From Octopus sinensis (lineage: Eukaryota), in the NCBI RefSeq assembly GCF_006345805.1, contig NC_042999.1, positions 2,790,001 to 2,854,000 on the forward strand: a DNA stretch of 64,000 nucleotides. Reading direction: 5' to 3'. Of the stretch, positions 1 to 11,427 are shown in pieces (position 1 is the stretch's first letter; each line of letters begins with the position of its first letter). The notes under the pieces were generated by a model. The model ran no database searches. It saw nothing but the letters and a program-made list of their open reading frames with translations, and was not told the origin of the DNA. Both the position numbers and the translations under genes were made by a program.

Positions 1-91
1 AGGGCATTTATTATTATTATTATTATTGTTATTATTGTTATTATTATTATTATTATTATTGCTACTGTTATCATCTTCATCATAATCCTTT

Positions 92-1262
92 AAGGCGGTG
101 AGCTGGCCAAACCGTTAGCATGCTGGGGAAAATGCTTAGTGGCATTTTATCCGTCTTTATGTTCTAAGTTCAAATGCTGCTGAGGTCGATTTTGCTTTCA
201 TTCTTTCAGGGTCAATAAAACACTGGTTCAATGTAAACAACTAGTCTCCTCTCTTAAAATTTCAGGCCTTGCACCTATAGTAGAAAGGATCATTACTATT
301 ATTATTATTATTATTATTATCTTCCTCATCATCATATTTACAGTGGTGAGCGGGCCAACCCGTTAGTACGTTGGGGAAATGCTCCTCGGCATTTCATCTG
401 TCTTTACGTTCTGGGTTCAAATGATGTTGAGGTCAACTTTGTTTTCCATCCTTTCAGGGTCAATAAAATAAGTACCAGTTGAGCACATTTTCAGTTCAAA
501 TTCTGCTGAGGTTGATTTTGCTTTTCATTCTTTCGGGGTCAATAAATTAAGCACCAGTGAAACACTGGTGCCGAGGTAAACAACTGGTCTCCTCCTCCAA
601 AATTTCATGCCTGGTACTTATAGTAGAAAAGATTATTATTTATTTATTCTTCTTCTTCTTCTTCTTCTTCTTCTTCTCATTATTATTATTATTATTAAGG
701 CGGCGAGCTGCCAGAAACATTAGCACGCCGGGCAAAATACTTAGCAGTATTTCGTCTGTCTTTACGTTTTGAGTTCAAATTCCGCTGAGGTTGACTTTGC
801 CTTTCATCCTTTCGGTGTCGATGAATTAAGTACCAGTTGCGTACTGGGGTCGATCTAATCAACTGGCTCCCTCCCCCAAAAAATTTTGGGCCTTGTGCCA
901 AGTGTAGAAAAGATTATTATTATTATTATCCTCATCATCATATTTACGGCGGTGAGCTGGCCAAAACATTAGCATGCTGGGTAAAATGTTTAATGGCATT
1001 TCATCTGTCTTTGCATCCTGGGTTCAAATGATACCGAAGTCAACTTTGCATTTCATCCTTTCAGGGTCGATAAAATAAGAACCATTCGAGCATATTTTCA
1101 GTTCAAATTCCACTGAGGTTTGCTTTGCCTTTCATCCTTTCGGGATCGATGAAAACCAGCACCAGTCAAGTACTGCAGACGATGTAATCGACTTAGCTCC
1201 CCCCCCCAACCTCACCCCTTCCTTTGCAATTGCTGGCTTTGTGCCAAAACATTTGGAACCAT
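92..1262 (+). mobile_element. Cluster of four diverged SINE copies (family B, core CTTTGCCTTTCATCCTTTCGGGGTCGATAAA) separated by (ATT)n
   Basis: Head AAGGCGG(C/T)GAGCTGGC..GTTAGCA at about 92, 340, 697 and 945, with B-box-like GAGTTCAAAT. The same family recurs at 4660, 20835 and 52620. Confidence 0.8.
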
Positions 1263-1374
1263 TATTATGATTATTATTTGATTTCATTGTTGCTTGGCAA
1301 GAATCCCTCCAATAATAATTCAATCAGTTTACATTGCAGTTTAAAAACCAAACTCCAAATCAAAATAACCACCA

Positions 1375-2095
1375 CCTTCTCCTCTTCCTACTACTTATCT
1401 TCTACTGCTTCTTCTTCTTCTCCTTCTTCTCCTTCTTCTTCTTCTTCTTCTTCTACTCACTATTATTACCCTCCTTCTTCTTCCCTTTTATCTTCACATT
1501 GTTGTTGTTGTTCTTCTTCTTCCTCTTCTTTTTCTTATTTCTCGTCTTCTTTTTTCTTCTTCTCTTCTTTTTCTTTTTTCTCGTCTTCTTTTTTCTTCTT
1601 CCTCTTCTTTTTTTCTCCTTTTTCTTATTCTTCACCTTCTTTTCTTCTCTTCTTCTTCCCTTTTTTCTTTGCTTCTTTTTCATTTTCTTTTCTTCGTCTT
1701 CTTCTTCTTCTTCTTCTTCGTCTCCTAATTTTTATTACCCTTCTTCTTTGTCTTCTATTCCTTCTTCTTATTATTATTGCCATCCTCTTTCTTCTTTCCC
1801 TACTTTTTCCTCCCTTTTATCCTCCCCTCCTCTTTCTTTTTCTTCCCTTTTATCTTCACCTTCTTCTTCCTCTTCTTCTTTTTCTTTTTTCTCGTCTTCC
1901 TTCTCTTCTCCCTCTTTTCTTCTTTTTCTTATTCTTCACCTTTTTTTTAACCCTTTCTTCCCTTCTTCCTCTTTTTCTTTGCTTTTTCATTTTCTTCTTT
2001 CTTTGTCTTCTTCAACTTTTTCTTCCTTCTCTTCTTCATCTTCTTCATCTCCCTTTTTTTTTCTTCTTCTATCACTATTACTATCACTATCAACT
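1375..2095. repeat. (CTT)n / pyrimidine-rich low-complexity tract
   Basis: Direct reading; it explains the spurious F/S/L-rich and K/R-rich ORFs. Confidence 0.95.
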
Positions 2096-2119
2096 TAGAA
2101 TGTCCCCCACCCTAAAAAA

Positions 2120-2470
2120 GACATTATTATTGTTGATAATTCAACACAGGTTCGTTCTCATTCCTGGTGAGTTGCGGGTTAACATTTGTAACCTTAGGCA
2201 AACTTTCTGTAGAAGCTCTACAGGACATTCTATTCCAATCTCCTTCAACCATTTGTCTATATCTTTATTTACCGTTTCCAATGCACCAATTATTACAGAC
2301 ATAACCTTTACAATTTTTGCACTCCAAATTCTTGCAATTCCAAATTTGAAGGTATATTTTTTGTTTTTCATCCTCTTTCTTTACAACCCTGGAGTCAAAT
2401 GGACATCATGGATCAATTACAAAATTACTATTTTTAAATCTCACAACTTGAAATATTCAGCAACAGTACT
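2120..2470 (-). mobile_element. 3' fragment of an R4/Dong-clade non-LTR retrotransposon (restriction-like endonuclease end)
   Basis: Minus strand reads ..PFDSRVVKKEDEK..KY..IARIWSAKIVKVMSVIIGALETV..WLKEIGIECPVELLQK, matching the REL C-terminus also seen at 19740-19978; followed by AATAATAAT. Confidence 0.7.
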
Positions 2471-2859
2471 TTGAAGTAAAGATTGCTTGCCATGGCAGTC
2501 CTGGTTTAGGACTAATGTTGCTGTAATTTAGCCCCAGGAGATATCATCTCCAGCTGGCTATATGACACGATCTGTGTCCTTATATTTTTTTTAATATTTT
2601 TGAAAATATAAGGACATTTCAGGCTTTGTGCCTAGGGTAGGAAAGAATATTGTTTGATAGTTGGAAAAGAACATTGCCACAGGAGCTGTGTCCTTCATTT
2701 CCAGTATTTTGGGAAAATATGTCCAGCCGTAGGAAGATATTGCTCTACTTGATAAAATGTGAGGTTTAATGACTTGAAGGGCATCCAATCATAGATAATC
2801 TGTGGCAATGAATTCCATCATATTCATACAAGCATGGAAAGGTGGTCATGAAAACAATG

Positions 2860-3245
2860 ATGGCAGGATGACGACTATGATGATGATGACGACCACCACA
2901 ACAACGATGATGATGATGACAACGATGATGATGATGATGACAACGACGATGAGGAGGATGATGATGACGATGACCACAACAACGTTGATGATGGTGATGA
3001 CGATCACAATGACGATGATGATGACGACCACACCGACGATGACGACAACGATGATGATGATGATGACCACAACAACAATGATGATGATGTTGATGATGAT
3101 CACAATAATGATGACAACGATGATGATGATGACCACAACAACAATGATGACGACGATGTTCATGTTGATGATGACGACGACAGCAATGATGTAAACGACA
3201 ATGATGATGATGGTGATGATTATAAAGGTGACAATGATGATGACA
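2860..3245. repeat. (GAT)n compound microsatellite with recurring GATGACCACAACAAC subunit
   Basis: Direct reading. Confidence 0.95.
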
Positions 3246-3959
3246 TATCCATAAGTATTGATCAAATGAATTACTTACATATTTGCCGAGTTGCTAATCA
3301 GTTTACTAGAAAAAAATATTAAATATTATCTCACATACATAATTATAATTCATAATTATTTCCAGTTGTTTCTTTGAAGACTATTTATACTTTGACATAT
3401 TTTGGTTTTAATTTAAATGTTTTACTGATAGGTTTTACACCAATTTCTCTTCTTTCAATCAATTTGTTTTGCTATAAATATATTTTTGCAATGAATGTGT
3501 ATTTTGATGAGTATACGGCTGTTGAATCTTCCTGTATATATATAATACACGGCACTGGATTAACCATTAAGCAGAATAAGCACATGCTTAGGATATCAAG
3601 GGAAGGAGGTGGCACCACAGAAATGGTAAATGGCTTTCAGCATAAAAAACAAACACTTTAAACTTGCTAAAATAATATTCAGGATGCCTTATATCTCCTG
3701 AGTGTAGAAGCAGATGTGTTATGTAAGTTTGATTTCGAGGATCTGATCAGAGATGTTGCAATTTAAAAAAAGAAAAAAACTTTTCCAATATAAATAAAGT
3801 GGAAGTATACAAAAATAAACATTATGTTCCATCTTACAGTTAGTTTTCTTCCATTGGTGTAATAAAAATTTATTTTATGGTTTATTATTGTTTATATTTT
3901 GAATTACATATATACGGGATCACCAAAATCGTTCAGGGCCTCCATAGGTCTTAATCCTG

Positions 3960-4545
3960 TATTATTATTCCATGAAGGTAACTGCACTCCAGAAATAAGG
4001 TGGCGGATAGTAGTAGGCAGAGAGGCAATGCTCAGCATGAGTAAGGTCTGGAAGAGTAGAGACATCAGCCTTGCTACCAAATGCAGATTGGTGAATGTAA
4101 TCGTCTTCCCAATGCCAATATATTTTATGTGAGACCTGGACACTAAAGAAAGCTGACCAGAAGAGAATTAATGCATTCAAGCTTTGGTGTTGGAGAAGAC
4201 TTTTACAGATTCCATGGACAGCGAGGCTCACCAATGGAGAAGTTCTTAAGCAGATCAGGCCGAAACTGTTGCTAGAAGCTAGGATCACCAAGAATAGATT
4301 GGCATATTTTGGTCATATTATGCAGAGAAAATCCCTGGAGGAGGACATCATGCTCGGAATGGTCAGTGGCAAGAAAGGAAGAGGCCGACCAAGAATCCGC
4401 TGGCTTGACACTATCAAGAGTGACACGGGAATGGCCATGGCCAATCTGAAAGAAGTGACCCAGGATAGAACTGGCTGGAGAACACTGATCCATCGAGTAG
4501 CCGAGAGTCGACTTCGACTGAAAGGATAGATAGATAGTAGGAAAA
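3960..4545 (+). mobile_element. 3' fragment of an RTE (BovB-like) LINE
   Basis: EGNCTPEIRWRI..KVWKSRDISLATKCRLV..CETWTLKK..WCWRRLLQIPWTAR..YFGHIMQR..GRGRPRIRWLD (frameshifted), followed by a (GATA)n tail. Confidence 0.85.
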
Positions 4546-4659
4546 CGGAGAAAGAATTTAGCGCTATTTTAGTATTAGTTACAATTGCTTCTTTCCACTT
4601 TATTTCTAATGCTATTGCTTGTAATTGTGAAGAGTTAAACAATATTTGTTGTTAATAGG

Positions 4660-4880
4660 AGGCGGCGAGCTGGCAGAGATGTTAGCGTGCCAGGCGAAAT
4701 GCTTAGCGGTATTTCATCTGCCGTTATGTTCTGGGTTCAAATTCCGCCGAGGCCGACTTTACCTTTCATCCTTTCGGGGTCGATAAATTAAGTACCAGTT
4801 ACGCACTGGGGTCGATTTAATCGACTTAATCCATTTGTCTGTCCTCTCTGTGTTTAGCCCCTTGTGGGTAGTAAAGAAAT
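4660..4880 (+). mobile_element. SINE family B, full copy
   Basis: GGCGGCGAGCTGGCAG head, CCTTTCATCCTTTCGGGGTCGATAAA core, TTTAGCCCCTTGTGGGTAGTAAAGAAAT tail. Confidence 0.85.
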
Positions 4881-5863
4881 AAATATTTGTTGTTAATTAT
4901 TCTGGAACTTGAAACTGGGTGAAATCCCAAACAAAGTTCCTTGGTCTGTGATGAAATTTGCTTTCCTTTATATGGTTGGTGGAGGTGAATGCAACCTGTG
5001 CTAAGTGGAGGCATTTAAAATCATAAATACTAAGGATAATCTGGTAAACAAACGTAACAAGCTTTGCTTAAGATGCTTGTATAACTGAAATAGGACCTTT
5101 GGAAAACTTTTATTAGCTTAGGGATTTTTCTCTTTTTTCCATGTTCTACCTTAAATTCGTTTAATGTAAAATTCAGTATCTTAAACTTTGAACATCAATC
5201 CTTTACATCATGATTCCTCCATATAAATCCACTGTTCAGTTGATTTAGACAGTATTAGCCAGGACCTACCACTTCTAATACTTATGGACTAAAATTATAT
5301 TCAACCAGTTCCAATGTCTATCTATTGATTTGATCATTCACATCATATAGGATCTGCTATTCCCCCTACATTTGACTATTATTTTAATCCCACACCTAAG
5401 TACTGCTGATATATTTTGTATTTTTCTATTATTTTTCTGGTATTTTTATATTACATTTTCCTAAAATTTATAACATTGTGACTATTTTGATATTCCCATT
5501 AATTTTAATATTTGTGCATATTTTTATATTCATGTTATATTGCCATATTTCAACATTACTGCTTATTTATTTGAATACAGACATTTGATAATTCAATTCT
5601 TTATCTTGTTTGGAACACTTAAGTTTTCCGATGTACTTTTAATGAAAGGGCACTAAAATAACATCTGACTTTTTATAACAGTAGTTGTATAATATCTTGT
5701 AATGCAATAATGGACAGTGCTCAGAAGACTTAACAGAACACAATAATTTATAATAAGAGGAAATGACGATAGCATTAAATCAAGGTTTGCTTGACAGCTT
5801 TCAGAGGAATGGTATAGCAGTGTCCTAAGTGAACAAAGGAAAAGTTTGAGCTACTTGTTATAT

Positions 5864-6267
5864 ACTCTTTTACTCTTCTACTTGTTTCAGTCATTTGACT
5901 GCGGCCATGCTGGAGCACCGCCTTTAGTCGAGCATATCGACCCCGGGACTTATTCTTTTGTAAGCCCAGTACTTATTCTATCGGTCTCTTTTGTCGAACC
6001 ACTAAGCTACGGGGACGTAAACACACCAGCATCGGTTGTCAGGCAATGCTAGGGGGACAAACACAGACACACAGACACACACACATACATATATATACAT
6101 ATATACAACAGGCTTCTTTCAGTTTCCGTCGACCAAATCCACTCACAAGGCATTGGTCGGCCCAGGGCTATAGCAGAAGACACTTGCCCAAGATGCCATG
6201 CAGTGGGACTGAACCCGGAACCATGAGGTTGGTAAGCAAGCTACTTACCATACAGCCACTCCTGCGC
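5864..6267 (-). mobile_element. SINE family A (tRNA-like head, CORE-like CCTTGGGCAAGT motif, internal TA/CA microsatellite)
   Basis: Near-identical to copies at 18066, 42958 and 63292; minus-strand head GCGCAGGAGTGGCTGT..GGTTCCGGGTTCAGTCCC. Confidence 0.9.
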
Positions 6268-6598
6268 TGTTCACAAATCCAGAAGAAGGTTTTATGCAGC
6301 ATAAATAACATGTAACACTGTTACTGTATATTGTAAAATGTAAACAGGATAAATGTTTGAAGAGTCCATAAATAGTTATTTACTTCTAGAGTGTTGCTTC
6401 TTTCGATATTGTCCACATGGTGGAGTTGAGCTCTGACAGCGACATGACAAATTACATCTGACTTTCTTGGAAGCTTGCTTGGGATTGACTAAAATTTTCC
6501 CAGACTTTGTAATAGGCGGCAGTATGTCTCTGGTTGGCTACACTAACCAAATCATGCATAGATGGCTAACAGTTCCACCAGAAGAAAACAGTGCTTCT

Positions 6599-6955
6599 AC
6601 ATGGTTCCGGGTTCAGTCCCACTCCGTGGCACTTGGGCAAGTGTCTTCTACTCTAGCCTCGGGCCAACCAAAGCCTTGTGAGTGGATTTGGTAGACGGAA
6701 ACTGAAAGAAGCCCATCGTATAAATGTATATATATGTGTGTGTATATGTTTGTGTGTCTGTGTTTGTCCCCCCAACATTGCTTGACAACCAATGCTGGTG
6801 TGTTCATGTCCCTGTAATTTAGCAGTTTGGCAAAAGAGACCGATAGAATAAGTACTAGGCTTACAAAGAATAAGTCCTGGGGTCGATTTGATCGACTAAA
6901 GGTGGTGCTCCAGCATGGCCACAGTCAAATGACCGAAACAAGTAAAAGAGAATAA
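6599..6955 (+). mobile_element. SINE family A, 5'-truncated
   Basis: Begins at ACATGGTTCCGGGTTCAGTCCC and ends GAAACAAGTAAAAGAG. Confidence 0.9.
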
Positions 6956-7779
6956 AGAGAGAGAAAATATGCTATCAATCCCGAGATGTTACATTTATGT
7001 AGGATAAATCCATCTTTTCACTTCATCTACAAACATCTAAATTGCCCTTTATAATCTGATAAGAATGAAATTATTCGTATTAAAACAACATACAGTACTT
7101 TTGCTGATGAGCATAAAGCTAAAATTAAAGAAGATGCTTGTATAAGATGCTAAAATTAAAGAAATAATGTTCCACAAAGTAGCGTTGAATAAAATATATT
7201 TGTGTAAAATTGTATTTAGCATGTTCGAACACATTGAGATGTGAGAAGTCCGTCTGCAGTGGAGATGGTCCTGGGAGGATATATTCCTCCTATACACATG
7301 TGAAAACACGGCTTAAGCTGTGAATGATGTCACTGGATCATCGGTCACATACATTTCTGTGGTTTGTTTCTTTTCATCAGCTACAAAACAGCAAATCTAT
7401 CAGTCACGAAAGACCCATGTGTCCTGCGATGCATGTCCCCAAATGTGTTTTCACACATGTCTAGGAAGAACATTTGTTTTCTTAGGACTGTCTCCATAGC
7501 AGATCTTTAGATCTTTTCCTGCTTGAATGTAATCTAACCTATTAAACATGACTCTAATGAATCTGTTTTATTCACAGTTGCCTTATTTGACACCATGAAT
7601 ATTCGTGTGTGTGGGAACGGTGTGTGTGTGGGTGGTTGTGTGTCCAAGTAAAATTAGCAAATACATAAATATTAAATTTATTCTTTCCTCTACATTGTAT
7701 GATACGCCTACAATGCTCTTCATATATACATCCAGCTGTTCATCCCTCACTCTCTCTCTCTTTATATATATATATATAT

Positions 7780-8250
7780 TGCGACCCCCTTCAGTCATGA
7801 ATGACTATGGAATTGCACCTAGAAAGTTACCCTCCGAAGAACAAGTCTGGGCAAGGTTGTTTATGGAAGACCAGCAGTCACCCATGCATACCGGCCTCCC
7901 CTCTCCACGCCACTGATGTTATCCAAGAGAAAGGCAAAGGCTGATACAGCTTGGCACCAGTGATGTCGCAGCTCATTTATTAACGTGCAAGTGGCTGAGC
8001 ACTTCACAGACATGCATACCCTTAACATAGTTCTCAGGGGGATTCAGCGTGACACAGAATGTGACAAGGCTGGCCCTTTGAAATACAGGTACAACAGAAA
8101 CGGGAAGAAAGAGTCAGAGAAAGTTGTAGTGAAAGAGTACAGCAGGATTCACCACCACCCTCTGCTGGAGCCTCGTGGAGCTTTTAGGTGTTTTTGCTCA
8201 ATAAACACTCGACCGCGAGTCCGCTGCCCTAACCACTGGGCCATTGTGCT
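7780..8250 (-). mobile_element. Composite SINE (family C tRNA-like head plus the tail of the 55615-55945 element)
   Basis: Head matches 9052-9120; tail ..CTAGGTGCAATTCCATAGTCATTCATGAC matches 55615-55700. Confidence 0.75.
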
Positions 8251-8308
8251 TCACTCTCTCTCTCTCTCTCTCACATATATATATATATATATGTGTGTGT
8301 GTGCCTCA

Positions 8309-8363
<55 letters not shown>

Positions 8364-9051
8364 CTTATATACTCACTGAAGCATTGAAATATACCAAATG
8401 TAAACTACTACAACACACATCAATTTAGAGTACTCCAGGTTCTTATGGCAGTTGTTAGTGAAATGGTTGTGCAGCAAAACCAATAATTTGTACTTGACTC
8501 ATAAGGACTGTTGCTGGTGTTGTTTAGCTCAAAGTCAGGTTTGAAACAAAGACACTCCAGCATTGACCACCCTATCTTTTATTGAACCAAATAGAATGAC
8601 TTTTTAACGAGTGAACTAGAGTGCTTCCTGTGTAATATCATCTGTAGAAGAAGGAATACCTCAATGAACGTCGCGTATTAATGTCCGAGTTCTGCTGCAG
8701 CATGAGGAACATCAGGGCAGAGACTCCCCCCTCCATGCAGTCCAGGAGCCAACCATTTATATCCTCTCCCAATTCCTATCATGTGCTGTTAACAAAAGCA
8801 AGGGGGATAAATCCCTAACTACAAAACCTGTCGTGCAAAACCTGTAGCGCATCAGAGAATATCGCTCTTCAGTGTATAGATTTCTTGCAAGTTAAATGAT
8901 AACAGTGATAACATACAAGTTCTATCGCTGTCTAGACTAATAACTGGTAAACACAGTAACAGTGTCCTTCTTGGACACACACTCACATACACACACATAT
9001 ATGTATACACATACATATATAAGTATGTATATATATATATATATATATATG

Positions 9052-9350
9052 TGGAGGCACAATGGCCCAGTGGTTAGGGCAGCGGACTCGCAGTCGTAGG
9101 ATCGCGGTTTCAATTCCCAGACTGGGCATTGTGAGTGTTTATTGAGCGGAAACACCTAAAGCTCCACGAGGCTCCGGCAGGGGGTGGTGGCAATCCCTGC
9201 TGTACTCTTTCGCCCCAACTTTCTCTCACTCTTTCTTCTGTTGGCCTGTTCACTTAGCCAGCGGAGTGGCGTCATTTGAAGGCTAAAACAATGCGAAGTG
9301 CATTCTGACCAGCGATGTGTAGCAACATCTATTACCCTGGTTGGTCTTGG
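9052..9350 (+). mobile_element. SINE family C with tRNA-like head
   Basis: A-box TGGCCCAGTGG and B-box-like GGTTTCAATTCCC; also present at 47255-47590 (-). Confidence 0.85.
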
Positions 9351-9912
9351 TGATGTATGTATATATGTACATGTGGAGGCACATGGCGTAGTGGGTTAGG
9401 GCATTCGGCTCACGGTTGTAAGGTCATGAGTTCAATTCCTGGCAGTGCGTTGAGTCCTTGAGCAAGACACTTTATTTCACATTGCTCCAGTCCACTCAGC
9501 TGGCAAAAATGAGTTGTACCTGTATTTCAATATATATATATATATATATTTATATCGGTTTCTTTTCAGTTTCTGCCTACCAAATCTATTCACAAGGCTT
9601 TGGTCAGCCTGACACTATAGTAGAAGACACCTGCCGAAGGTGCCATGTAGTGGAACTCAATCTAAAACCATGTGGTTGGGAAGCAAACTTGTTACCACAC
9701 AGCCATGCCTATATATATACTCTTTTACTCGTTTCAGTCTGTGGCCATGCTAGCACCACCTTTAGTCGAGAAAAGTGACCCCAGGACTTATTCTTTGTAA
9801 GCCTAGTATTTATTCTATTGGTCTCTTTTGCCGAACCTCTAACTTACGGGGTCGTAAACACACAAGCATCATTTGTCAAGCAATGTTGGGGGGGACAAAC
9901 ACAAACGCACAC

Positions 9913-9980
<68 letters not shown>

Positions 9981-10096
9981 TATATTTAGAGGGCATTATT
10001 ATACATACATGCCACACGCTAAGAGGGACAAAATTAGTCATTTCTACCAAAAATTTTACTAATGCAATTCTTCAAAGTAAGACATTTAAAAATATA

Positions 10097-10143
10097 GACT
10101 TGTATCACCTGTGATTTCATACCTCTGTATTCATCAGCAAGCC
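10097..10143 (-). ncRNA. Type I hammerhead ribozyme motif
   Basis: Minus strand GGCUUG-CUGAUGA-AUAC(AGAG)GUAU-GAAA-UCAC(AG)GUGA-UA-CAAGUC: complete core, all three stems pair, NUH=AUA. Confidence 0.85.
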
Positions 10144-10302
10144 TGAACGTATTATAAATAAACGACCCTACCTCGTCTAAGCCGAGCAGCTAACTGATCA
10201 ACATCAACGAAGCACATGGGTGAGTTTACATATATTACATCCGGTAAATGGCAGACTTTTACGAATTGCATTTCGGGAAAGAAAAGTTTTTTCGGAATAA
10301 AA

Positions 10303-10507
10303 ATTTAGCAATTAAGGACAACTTCTTAATAAGGAAAACTTAACAAGAAATTATCAGGTAGATAGCGTGAAAGACCTCATAAGAAAAAATTTCGAAAATA
10401 ATTCTTCTTATTGAACATATTAGTTTATATATAGGTCTTTCACGCTATCTACCTGATAATTTCTTGTTAAGTTTTCCTTATTAAGAAGTTGTCCTTAATT
10501 GCTAAAT
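10303..10507. repeat. Perfect 75-bp inverted repeat (10303-10377 / 10433-10507) with 55-bp spacer
   Basis: Manual reverse-complement comparison found no mismatches. Confidence 0.95.
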
Positions 10508-10516
10508 ATATATATA

Positions 10517-10547
<31 letters not shown>

Positions 10548-10720
10548 CATACATATATACAAAGGGCTTCTTTCAGTTTCCGTCTACCAAATCCACTCAC
10601 AAGGCTTTGGACAGCCTGAAGCTATAGTAGAAGACACTTGCCCAAGGTGCCACACAGTGGGACTGAACCCGGAACTATGTGGTTTGTAAGCAAGCTACTT
10701 ACCAAACAGCCACTCCTACG

Positions 10721-10752
<32 letters not shown>

Positions 10753-10756
<4 letters not shown>

Positions 10757-10987
10757 GGAGTAAACACATAAATGTGAAACAAGGTGGAAAAAAGAGTACT
10801 CAAATACCAGTGGTAGAGTAATATGCTTTATTTAAAGCAGCAGAAAATTCAACAAAACCTGTTACTCTGAGTTTCACGTTCCCGTTCGTCGGACAGTTTT
10901 TCTAGCAAAAACTGACCGACGATCTGGAACATGAAACTCAGAGTAACAGGTTTTGTTGAATTTTCTGCTGCTTTAAATAAAGTATAT
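10753..10987 (-). mobile_element. Fold-back non-autonomous element, probably Penelope-derived, with 81-bp arms and a hammerhead-like motif
   Basis: Arms 10821-10901 / 10907-10987 with about 5 mismatches; second family member at 40885-41097; flanked by (TA)n. Confidence 0.65.
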
Positions 10988-10999
10988 ATATATATATAT

Positions 11000-11110
11000 A
11001 TATATATTTTGATAAGGTTCATTTCAGGAACTGAAACATGTTATAATGTATATATAAAAATTAAAAATTGTATAATACAGCAGCATTTTCGAACTTCATT
11101 TTTTACAAAT

Positions 11111-11169
<59 letters not shown>

Positions 11170-11300
11170 TATATATATATGTATATGTATATATATATAT
11201 GTATATGTATATATATATATGTATATGTATATATATATATGTATATGTATATATATATATATGTATATGTATATATATATATGTATATGTATATGTATAT

Positions 11301-11394
<94 letters not shown>
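11000..11394. repeat. (TA)n / (TATATG)n microsatellite (mainly 11105-11394)
   Basis: Direct reading. Confidence 0.9.
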
Positions 11395-11397
<3 letters not shown>

Positions 11398-11427
11398 AGT
11401 GGCTGTGTGGTAAGTAGCTCGCTAACC

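Larger units (their letters stand above)
9719..10724 (-). mobile_element. SINE family A split in its internal microsatellite by a ~530-bp insertion
   Basis: Tail half at 9719-9930 and head half at 10563-10724; the intervening 9978-10507 is unrelated sequence flanked by (TA)n. Confidence 0.7.

Noticed and set aside
1224-3265. Long ORFs (416, 254, 130 and 139 aa)
   Set aside because: Translations of CTT and GAT microsatellites; no coding complexity.
7100-7130. CTGATGA-GC-ATAAA-GC-TAAA hammerhead-like string
   Set aside because: GAAA box absent, stem II only 2 bp, no stem I or III.
9052-9125. tRNA-like heads (also at 16290, 46810, 47510 and 55870)
   Set aside because: They continue into SINE bodies and lack a complete cloverleaf acceptor stem; not tRNA genes.
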